Shown: piece after piece, positions 47,995 through 55,814 of the stretch
How positions within the stretch are numbered: position 1 is the stretch's first letter
Layout of the letters: every line of letters begins with the position of its first letter
Origin: Candidatus Krumholzibacteriia bacterium
GTDB lineage: Bacteria; Krumholzibacteriota; Krumholzibacteriia; LZORAL124-64-63
Direction: 5' to 3'
Assembly: GCA_050174015.1 (NCBI GenBank)
Contig: JBFXKG010000001.1
Location: 160,001-224,000 of the forward strand
DNA: 64,000 nt
Notes under the pieces: model-generated
Told to the model about the DNA's origin: nothing
Seen by the model: the letters and a program-made list of their open reading frames with translations, nothing else
The model's database searches: none
Program-made: the position numbers and the translations under genes

Positions 47995-50550
47995 ATGTCG
48001 CACCCCCGCATTCTCGCAGCCATCCTGCTGCTGTTGCCCTGTCTGGCAGGCGCCCAGGAGGACGCCGGAACGGCCGCCGCCGCCACTCCGGACACCACCC
48101 TGGTGGCCTCGCAGATCCTGCTGCTCGGCCCGCTTCCCCCCGATCCGGTCGCCCCCACTTCGGGCCTGCTGCGGGGTTCCCAGGTCCTGGTGCCCGAGAT
48201 CGACCCCGGCAGGGTCCTGCCGGCGGACGGCCGGGACGGCTGGCGCCTGCGAGAAACCGGAGCGGACGGCCGTATCGCCCTGGCCCTGCCCGGGATCTAC
48301 TGGGTGGGGGCGAGGCTGCGTGCCGAGGGGCGCGCCGAGGCCGTGATCCGGCTGGACCATGGGTCGGCGGTCCACGGCAACGGCGAGGAGCTGATTGCCA
48401 AGGGGCCGGGGGAGGCGGATCCCGTGCTGGAAACGGCCGTCACCCTGGATCGCGGCTGGTTGACGGTCTTCGCCCGCATCATCGTGCCCGAGGACGACCT
48501 GGGGTTCGGCCTCGCGGTCGAGAGCGATCCGGGGGCCGGGATCCGGTGGACCCTCGAACCGGACGACGCGTGGACCCGTTTCGCGGACACGGCCGGACTC
48601 GCGACGATCGGCGGCCTCGCGGTCGCGGACGAAGGCCGCTACCTGGCCCGCCGCATCCATCTCCGCAGCGACGGGATCGATCGCCTGGACGTCTTCGACG
48701 GGGACGGCTACCTGGTGGCCGCCGACGCCTGCGGCTCGGGCGCCCGGCCGCTCGGTTTCCTGCCCGGCGACCATCGCCTGCTCGTCCGCCGGGGGTCCGA
48801 CCTGCTGCTGTGGGCTGTGCCCGCCGGCGCGCCGGACGTGCTGCTCGAGGACGAACCGGGGCTGGGATTCGTCAAGACCGACGGTGACGGCAGGCGCCTG
48901 CTGTTCGCCTCGGACAAGGGGTTCGACGCCGGGACCCCCGCAGAGGGCCCTGGCCGTCGGTACACCGCCCTGCGGGAACGCATCGCCGACTTCGGGCCCG
49001 CGGGCCACCTGCACCTGCTCGACCTCGATACGGGCCTGCGCCGGGTCCTGACGCGCCCCGGGGACTTCGTCCTGGACGATGCGGTCTTCACGGCGGACGG
49101 GCGCGCGGTGATCTACGGCCGCACCCTGCCGCAGGCCGCTCGTCCCTGGTTCTTCTCCGAGATCCGGCGAATCGACCTGACGGCCGGCACCGACGAGTTG
49201 CTGGCGGCCTTCACCTCGGGCTGGGAGGTCAGGCCCGGGCACTTCGCCGCCGCCCCCGATGGCCGGACGTTGGTGTTCCTGGGTCCGCCGGCCGAGATCG
49301 GCGACTACGGGAGCGGCCGTCCCGAACACAACGTCTACAACAAGCAGGTGTGGACCCTGGATCTGGAGTCGGGCGCGGTGCGGCGAGTGACGCAGGGGGA
49401 ATCCTACAGCTTCGACGGGGGCGGGGGAACGCCGGCGTTCGACCAGGAGGGCCGCCTGCTGGTCAGGGTGACCGACCGATCCGGCATCCGGCTGGTCCGC
49501 ATGACCCGGGACGGGGGCCGCTGGGCCACCCGCGTGCTTCCGCAGAACGGGGACAGCCTGGACGACCTCGCCGTCAGTCCCGATGCGGGCGGGGTGGCTT
49601 ACACGGCCAGCAGTCCCGACGCGCCCGAGATCCTGTACCTGGGGAGAACCGGCGAGCCCGGCGCGCCCATCGAGGATCCCAACGAGGACCTCGGCGGCAG
49701 GATCAGGTGGTCCCCCGCGGAATCCCTGGCCTTCACGGGCCCGGGCGGCGAGACCATCGACGCCTGGCTCCACCCCCCCCTCGTGATGGACCCGGACGGC
49801 GGCGCCCGCTTCGGAGCGCCGGCGCGGGGGAAGGCCCCGTTGATCGTGTACTACTACGGCGGTTCGGCGGCGACCCTGCGGACCTTCAACACCACTTTCC
49901 AGTTCTTCGCAGCGAACGGTTACGCGGTCCTGGTGGTCAATCCCCGCGGCGCCGCAGGCTGGGGCGAGGCCTTCGCCGACCACCACGCCGGGGACTGGGG
50001 ACCCCTCGCCGGGGCGGACGTCATGGCGGCCACCCGGCACGCCCTGGCGGAGCGCCCCTATCTCGACGGGAGCCGGGTGGGGATCTATGGCGGATCCTAC
50101 GGCGGCTTCATGACCAACTACCTGGTGACCCACACCGACATGTACGCCGCCGCGGTCAGCATGTACGGGATCAGCGACCTGGCCACCTACTGGGGCCAGG
50201 GGGCGTGGGGCGTCACCTACGGGGACATGGCCCTGGGCGGGCGCAACCCCTGGGACGATCCGGGGTACTTCACCGGCAACTCGCCCCTGTTCCAGGCGGA
50301 CCAGGTGCGAACGCCGCTGCTGCTGCTCCATGGCCAGTCCGACGGCAACGTCACCCCCGGCGAATCGGCCCAGCTCTTCACGGCGCTGTCGGTGCTGGAC
50401 AAGCCGGTGGAGATGGTCCTGTTCCCCGGCGAGGACCACGGCATCAGCGGATCCTGGGACAACCGCGTGGCCCACCGCACGATGATGCTCGAGTGGTTCG
50501 ACCGCTGGTTGAAGGACCGGCCCGAGGCCTGGGAAGCCCGGTGGAAGTGA
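47995..50550 (+). CDS. S9C acylaminoacyl/dipeptidyl peptidase, secreted
   Basis: Signal peptide, propeller, NPRGA.GWG, GGSYGG (Ser), DGNV (Asp), EDHG (His). Confidence 0.9.
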   Translation: MSHPRILAAILLLLPCLAGAQEDAGTAAAATPDTTLVASQILLLGPLPPDPVAPTSGLLRGSQVLVPEIDPGRVLPADGRDGWRLRETGADGRIALALPGIYWVGARLRAEGRAEAVIRLDHGSAVHGNGEELIAKGPGEADPVLETAVTLDRGWLTVFARIIVPEDDLGFGLAVESDPGAGIRWTLEPDDAWTRFADTAGLATIGGLAVADEGRYLARRIHLRSDGIDRLDVFDGDGYLVAADACGSGARPLGFLPGDHRLLVRRGSDLLLWAVPAGAPDVLLEDEPGLGFVKTDGDGRRLLFASDKGFDAGTPAEGPGRRYTALRERIADFGPAGHLHLLDLDTGLRRVLTRPGDFVLDDAVFTADGRAVIYGRTLPQAARPWFFSEIRRIDLTAGTDELLAAFTSGWEVRPGHFAAAPDGRTLVFLGPPAEIGDYGSGRPEHNVYNKQVWTLDLESGAVRRVTQGESYSFDGGGGTPAFDQEGRLLVRVTDRSGIRLVRMTRDGGRWATRVLPQNGDSLDDLAVSPDAGGVAYTASSPDAPEILYLGRTGEPGAPIEDPNEDLGGRIRWSPAESLAFTGPGGETIDAWLHPPLVMDPDGGARFGAPARGKAPLIVYYYGGSAATLRTFNTTFQFFAANGYAVLVVNPRGAAGWGEAFADHHAGDWGPLAGADVMAATRHALAERPYLDGSRVGIYGGSYGGFMTNYLVTHTDMYAAAVSMYGISDLATYWGQGAWGVTYGDMALGGRNPWDDPGYFTGNSPLFQADQVRTPLLLLHGQSDGNVTPGESAQLFTALSVLDKPVEMVLFPGEDHGISGSWDNRVAHRTMMLEWFDRWLKDRPEAWEARWK

Positions 50551-51284
50551 GGCGGAAGGGCGTGGTCATCGGGAGGGAGGGGGGCCGCGGGGTCCCTGCG
50601 CTCCTGGCCCTGGTGACCCTGGTCCCTACGATCCTGGTCCCCGCGATCCTGGCGCCGGCGGGCTGTTCCGGCCCCGAGCCGCCGGGAAAGGACGAGGGCC
50701 TGCCGCGGGTCCTGATCATCGGGGATTCCATCTCCATCGGGTATACCCCCCACGTGGCGGAGGCCCTGGCCGGACGGGCGACGGTGGTCCACAATCCCGG
50801 CAACGCCCAGCACACCGCGACCGGCCTGGAGGAGCTGGACCGCTGGCTCGGCGACGGCCGCTGGGACGTCATCCATTTCAACTGGGGGCTATGGGATCTC
50901 TGCTACAAGCGGTCCCGGTTCCTGCGCGGCAGCGTCCGGGACAGGGAAAAGGGCTCCGTCCTGGTCGAGCTGGACCGTTACGAGGCCAACCTCACCGAGC
51001 TGACGGCCCGCCTGCAGAAGACCGGAGCCACCCTGATCTGGGCCTCCACCACGGTGGTGCCCGAGGGGGATGTCGGCCGCTTCCCCGACGACGACCTGCG
51101 CTACAACGAGGCTGCGGGCCGCGTCATGCGGGCCGCCGGGGTGACGGTCAACGATCTGAACGCCGCATCCCGCGAGTTTCCGCCGGAGCTCTTCGTGCAG
51201 CCCGGGGACGTCCACTTCACCGATGAAGGCTACAGGCGTCTGGCAAATCACGTCAGCGCAGCCATTTCCGCCGTTCTGCCCTGA
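50547..51284 (+). CDS. SGNH/GDSL hydrolase (probable lipoprotein)
   Basis: IGDSISIGY, HFNWGLWD, DVHF; start uncertain (GTGA overlap with upstream stop). Confidence 0.85.
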   Translation: MRRKGVVIGREGGRGVPALLALVTLVPTILVPAILAPAGCSGPEPPGKDEGLPRVLIIGDSISIGYTPHVAEALAGRATVVHNPGNAQHTATGLEELDRWLGDGRWDVIHFNWGLWDLCYKRSRFLRGSVRDREKGSVLVELDRYEANLTELTARLQKTGATLIWASTTVVPEGDVGRFPDDDLRYNEAAGRVMRAAGVTVNDLNAASREFPPELFVQPGDVHFTDEGYRRLANHVSAAISAVLP

Positions 51285-51427
51285 TCCGGCCGATCCGGCC
51301 CGCCCCCTGCAAGTTTTTCCCTGCAAGCCTGCTTACGGAAGCAAAAGGAACGACAGGACACAGGGGAGAGGGCAAAACACAAGACGCGCACCATGCGGAT
51401 TGGAAATTGCCCGACGAGGTAGAAGCC

Positions 51428-51988
51428 ATGAGTGAACTCCGCCATCTGCTCGAATACCGGGGGGACAACATCTTCACCGCCATGGGGGCGTGCCCTTCGG
51501 TCTGTGCGGCCTACAAGCTGCTGCTTGACGGGGACCACGAAGGGGCCGAGCAACGGTTCCGGCGCATCCTCAAGGACAATCCCGAGGACCACGAGGCCCT
51601 GGCCGGCCTGGCGGTCTGCGTCGCCGAGGACGGCGGCAAGTTCCTGACCGCCGAGAAGCTCGCCAAGAAGGCGACGAACATGAACAGGAAGTCGGCGGCG
51701 GGATACATCGCCCTCGGATACATCAACCTGCGGGGCGGCCGGCTGCAGGACGGCTACGGATACCTGATGAAGGCGAAGCACCTGGCCCCGAAGGATCCCC
51801 GGCTCCAGGCCGGATTCGCCATCTACGACCGCGAACGTCCCCCGGTCATCACCGGCCTGTCCCGGCTGCACCCGGTGAACCGGACCCTGAACGGGGTGCG
51901 CAACCTGCGGCGGAATCCGGCCGCCATGGCGCTGGCGGTCGTCGGCACCCTCGGCTGCCTCTACCTCGCGGGCAACCTGATGGCCTGA
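51428..51988 (+). CDS. TPR-containing protein with C-terminal membrane anchor
   Basis: TPR-like helices (A...F...L..NP.D.EA); RRPP-like linker; terminal hydrophobic helix. Confidence 0.75.
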   Translation: MSELRHLLEYRGDNIFTAMGACPSVCAAYKLLLDGDHEGAEQRFRRILKDNPEDHEALAGLAVCVAEDGGKFLTAEKLAKKATNMNRKSAAGYIALGYINLRGGRLQDGYGYLMKAKHLAPKDPRLQAGFAIYDRERPPVITGLSRLHPVNRTLNGVRNLRRNPAAMALAVVGTLGCLYLAGNLMA

Positions 51989-51994
51989 CGGAAC

Positions 51995-53101
51995 CTACTT
52001 CCCGCCTCCCGGCGCGGCCGTCCTCGTGGGCAGGCCGCGCCCGCTCGTCAGGTACATCGCGTAGGTCCCCAGCCAGTGTCCCCCTGCATAGAACTCCCCG
52101 GTGACCGCCGCGAGCCCCGCCTGACGGTGGGCGCCGGCCGCGGCGTTCAGGGCCCCGTGACGCGGATCGCCCGCAGGCAGGCCGGCCGCGATGCCCTCGA
52201 GCATCCAGGCGCGGCTCAGGTTCAGGCCGTCCAGATGGGCCAGCTTGCCGTCGCTGCGGTCGGTGACCAGGGCGACGGGCAGCCAGGCCGATCCGCCGTC
52301 GGAGGGAACCTGCGGCAAGAAGGCGTCCAGCCAGCCGGCGAACGCGGCGGGATCGAGCACCCGGCGCATCAGGTCGGCCTCGGCCAGGGCGGGGGAGAGG
52401 AAGTCCTGCCCAGAGGGCTCGAAGGCCAGATCGACGCCCCGGTCGGCCAGGTAGAGGCGGCGGGCGGTCTCCTCGACCAGGACGGCCAGCTCAAGGTCGC
52501 CCGCCCCTCGGGCGTAATCGAGGACCAGGCCGAAGGCGAACGCGGTCTGGCTGTGTTCCCCGGTGCGGATGGGATAGGCCAGCTTGGGCAGCCAGTCGGA
52601 CAGCCGTGTGACGCAGGCGGCTTCCAGCGGGTTCAGGGCCGTGGACCAGCGTGCCGCGCCGGGATCGTCCCATTCCCGGAGCTCGGCCGCCAGCTGCAGC
52701 AGCCAGGCCAGACCGTAGGGACGCTCCCAGGAGGCGCGGTCGGGCCCCAGCAGGTAGGCGGTCTCGGCGGCGATGCTCTCGGGTGTCAGGTGGGCGTCCA
52801 GGATGGCCCGGGCCTCCGGCGCCAGTTCGTGGGCGGGATGGAGGCGGGCGAACCGGGCCAGCAGCCAGTGACCGTGCACGCTGGAATGCCAGTCGAAGCA
52901 CCCGAAGAAGGCGGGGTAGAGGGACCGCGGCGTGCCCTGGTCCTCATCCGACTGCATGACGTGGGCGATCTTGTTGGGGTATTCCTGGACGGCGCATTCC
53001 AGGGCCAGGCGCACGAAGGGGGCCGCCTGGTCGGCGGTGAATTCCGCTGCGCCGGCGGCGGCGGACGCGAACATCAGCACCAGGGCGAGTCGGGGGATCA
53101 T
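51995..53101 (-). CDS. DUF2891 family secreted protein
   Basis: EYPNK, FFGCFDWHSSVHGHW, ERPYG.AWLL, GEHSQTAF, AHLDGLNLSRAW, HWLGTYA. Confidence 0.88.
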   Translation of the reverse strand: MIPRLALVLMFASAAAGAAEFTADQAAPFVRLALECAVQEYPNKIAHVMQSDEDQGTPRSLYPAFFGCFDWHSSVHGHWLLARFARLHPAHELAPEARAILDAHLTPESIAAETAYLLGPDRASWERPYGLAWLLQLAAELREWDDPGAARWSTALNPLEAACVTRLSDWLPKLAYPIRTGEHSQTAFAFGLVLDYARGAGDLELAVLVEETARRLYLADRGVDLAFEPSGQDFLSPALAEADLMRRVLDPAAFAGWLDAFLPQVPSDGGSAWLPVALVTDRSDGKLAHLDGLNLSRAWMLEGIAAGLPAGDPRHGALNAAAGAHRQAGLAAVTGEFYAGGHWLGTYAMYLTSGRGLPTRTAAPGGGK

Positions 53102-53311
53102 GAGGGCCTCCCGGACCGGGGGAATGACGGGGAACTTCAAAAAAGCATGGTGCCCCGGATCATTCCTGCTGTATACTCATTCCATGGACGGTTCGACCGT
53201 CCCGTGCCCGATTCACACCGTGGTGTGACGGTCCTGAAGGCCAGGGCGGCCCAGGGGGCCGGGCGAGGTGGGTCTCGCCGCGGATGACACGCCCGATAAG
53301 GAGGTGATCCA

Positions 53312-53359
53312 GTGGGTAGTCATAGATCCGGCTCAGTGGAGGTGGTGTCCCTGCATTGA
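53312..53359 (+). CDS. Candidate 15-aa micro-ORF MGSHRSGSVEVVSLH behind an extended SD
   Basis: AAGGAGGTGATCCAG at 53298-53312; GTG 7 nt after GGAGG; TGA at 53357-53359. Confidence 0.4.
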   Translation: MGSHRSGSVEVVSLH

Positions 53360-53435
53360 CGGGGCCTCTCCAGAGCGTGGTTTTGATGGATGACCCCTGA
53401 GCGGGGGAACCCAACACCACCGAAGCTGATGCATC

Positions 53436-53467
53436 AGGGCGCCGGCGTGAAAACGCCGGCGCCCTTG
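53436..53467 (+). terminator. GNRA-loop hairpin / terminator
   Basis: AGGGCGCCGGCGT-GAAA-ACGCCGGCGCCCT-T, 13-bp stem. Confidence 0.7.
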
Positions 53468-53506
53468 CCGTGGGGCCGGACCCGCGCCCGCCTCGGGGCG
53501 CCTTGA

Positions 53507-53790
53507 TCAGGGCATCCGGATGCCGCCGCTCACCGGGATGTAGGCGCCGCTGACGAAGCCGCAGGCATCCCCCGCCAGGGCCGCCACCAGGCCCGCCACG
53601 TCCGCCGCCTCCCCGACCCGCCGCAAGGGGGTCATGCCGGCGAGGCCTGGACCTGGCCCTCGGCCATGTGGGCGGTGGCGTCGGTCCTGGTCAGGCCCGG
53701 GGCCACGGTGTTGACGCGGATCCCGTGGGGACCGAGTTCGAAGGCCAGGGACTTCATCAGCCCGTCCACCGCCGACTTGCTGGTGGTCAG
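53507..53790 (-). pseudogene. Truncated, frameshifted SDR oxidoreductase remnant (C-terminal third)
   Basis: SKSAVDGLMKSLAFELGPHGIRVNTVAPG in one frame and TPLRRVGEAADVA..FVSGAYIPVSGG in another; shift near 53645; no N-terminal Rossmann motif. Confidence 0.75.
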
Positions 53791-53834
53791 AATGCCTCCT
53801 GATCGGGAATGGATGGGGGATACGCGGGTGTTCA

Positions 53835-55676
53835 TCACAATCCACGGCTGACGCGGGCGAACCGAAACCGTTCGGCTTCGGCGGCCACGCGGCGCCGGAA
53901 GTCCGGCGAGGCGAGCTCTTCCTTCAAGGAGGGGCTGACCGGCAGGATCATCAGATCGGGGATCCAGACGGCCGGCGCTGCGGCCGCGGTGTCGCGGATC
54001 CGGCCTCCATCCACCGCCCGGCTGGCCTCGCCGAACCGCAGGCCGCGGGTGGCCTGCTGGAAGGCCTCGAAACGGGCCTGGCTCACCGGGTCGGGGAACA
54101 CGCCCTGGGGCTGGGCCAGGCCGGCCATGTGGAAGTGGCTGGGAGTGAAGGCCAGCCCGTCCAGGCCGAGCCGCTCGCAGACCACGTAGAGCACCGCCGC
54201 CGTGTCGCGCAGCAGGCCCAGGCCGGGGTGCTTCTGGCCCGGCAACAGGGGACGGGACATCTCGAAGCTGCTGCGCGCGTCCTGGATCAGCAGCCACTCC
54301 ACCACCAGGAAACCCGATCCCGGCCGCAACGCGCGATCGACGCGCAGCCTGACCTCGAAGATGGCCAGGCCAGGATCCTCGCCGGTGGAGATGCGCAGGG
54401 TGTGCCCGAGCGGATCGTCCAGGTCGATGGTCACCATCATGTCCTGGAATCCGAGCCGGCGCAGCCGGTCCATGAGACCGAACTCCTCGAGAGCGAGCTC
54501 GATGCCGTGGCGGCTGAAGGCCCCCAGGAAGAGGGTGTCCCTGACCGGACCGATCCCGCCGAACTCCTCCTCGCGCAACCCCCAGTCGTCCTCGTCCGGG
54601 GAGGCGGCCGCGGGCCCGGCGGGTTCCTCCGCGGCGGCGCCCCGCCCTGCCCGTTTCATCAGCCGGGTGAGCCGTCGGTAGTGGTCCACCGGCAGTTCCA
54701 TCTCCACCGGGATGTCCAGTTCGCTGCGCCCGCTCAGCAGCCAGGAGAAGTAGGCCGCGCCGTGACGCCACGCCGCGGGCCCGTATCCCCCGGCCAGCAG
54801 GATCACGGTGGGGATGGGAGGGAATTCACCGGCGGGAGGGCGAACCATCTCGGTCACCATCCGATCCCGGGCCAGCATCCCCTCCAGGGAGATGCGCCAG
54901 TCGCCCAGCTTGTCGCCGACTCCCGGGTCGCTCCCTGCCAGGTAGAACACCAGGCCCGGCCTGAACCTGGCGAAGACCGCGGGCAGGTTTTCCCTGATGG
55001 CCGCCAGGTACGCGGCGTCCTCCACGTCGGGTCCCAGGGCGATGCTGGTGGATTCCAGGGCCCGGGTGTCCCCGAGGTCGTTGTTGTGGATGGAGAAGGT
55101 GTGGACGGTGGGATCATCGGCGAAGATGGCGCGGGTCCCGTCCCCGTCGTGGAGGTCCAGATCCACCACCAGGACGGGCTTGTCGAACCCCCTGCGGCGC
55201 AGCGAGGCGACGGCGATGGCCACGTCGTTGAAGACGCAGAACCCCGATCCGCGGTCCGCCTCGGCGTGGTGGAGCCCTCCCCCCAGATTGACCATCACGG
55301 TCCGCCGGTGGACGGCCGCGGCGGCCGCCCGCCAGGTCCCTCCGCACATGAGCCGCTGGAAGCAGAGGAACCGGTCCTGGGCGGCGGGATCGACGGGGAA
55401 ACCGAGGATGGGTTCGATGGCGCCGGGATTCTCCAGGGAATGCAGGTAGGCGCTGCCGTGGACGAAGCCCAGCCGCCGCAGGGAAACGGGCCGGGGCCTG
55501 ATGAGCATGCCCGGTCTCAGCAGACGACGGCTCTCGAGGTATTGCAGGATGCGGAAGGGCCGCCGGGCGTCGTACTGGGGAAAGGGCAGATCGAGCTGGT
55601 AGCGCTTGTGGATGACGAAGCGCGTCCCCCTGCGGGGATCGCTCAGTCCCAGCGCCTTCAGCATCCGATCCAGCAT
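53835..55676 (-). CDS. Histone deacetylase family protein with an extra C-terminal domain
   Basis: GGLHHA, GFCVFND, DLDLHDGDGT, GSDP and AGGY motifs; about 250-aa C-terminal extension. Confidence 0.88.
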   Translation of the reverse strand: MLDRMLKALGLSDPRRGTRFVIHKRYQLDLPFPQYDARRPFRILQYLESRRLLRPGMLIRPRPVSLRRLGFVHGSAYLHSLENPGAIEPILGFPVDPAAQDRFLCFQRLMCGGTWRAAAAAVHRRTVMVNLGGGLHHAEADRGSGFCVFNDVAIAVASLRRRGFDKPVLVVDLDLHDGDGTRAIFADDPTVHTFSIHNNDLGDTRALESTSIALGPDVEDAAYLAAIRENLPAVFARFRPGLVFYLAGSDPGVGDKLGDWRISLEGMLARDRMVTEMVRPPAGEFPPIPTVILLAGGYGPAAWRHGAAYFSWLLSGRSELDIPVEMELPVDHYRRLTRLMKRAGRGAAAEEPAGPAAASPDEDDWGLREEEFGGIGPVRDTLFLGAFSRHGIELALEEFGLMDRLRRLGFQDMMVTIDLDDPLGHTLRISTGEDPGLAIFEVRLRVDRALRPGSGFLVVEWLLIQDARSSFEMSRPLLPGQKHPGLGLLRDTAAVLYVVCERLGLDGLAFTPSHFHMAGLAQPQGVFPDPVSQARFEAFQQATRGLRFGEASRAVDGGRIRDTAAAAPAVWIPDLMILPVSPSLKEELASPDFRRRVAAEAERFRFARVSRGL

Positions 55677-55814
55677 CGACCGGAACTCCTTCGGGTTCAG
55701 CCAGAGGTGCAGCCGGGTCTCGTTACGCCTTGGGCTCGGGCGCCAGGCGGTGCCGCAACAAGGAGGTTGCGGCCCTGCGTCCCCGAGGTCAAGGCGTAAC
55801 GGGATCCGGCGGTC

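Noticed and set aside
51360..51415. c-di-GMP-I riboswitch (GGGCAAA..GACGC..TTGCCCGA)
   Set aside because: Lacks the GNRA-capped P2 stem and the GCAAAG/P3 arrangement
53298..53312. 16S rRNA gene fragment on the minus strand
   Set aside because: Similarity stops after 15 nt; the flanks do not continue as helix 45/44 sequence
53357..53386. Selenocysteine readthrough of the micro-ORF TGA
   Set aside because: No redox motif context, a second in-frame TGA follows, and no convincing SECIS
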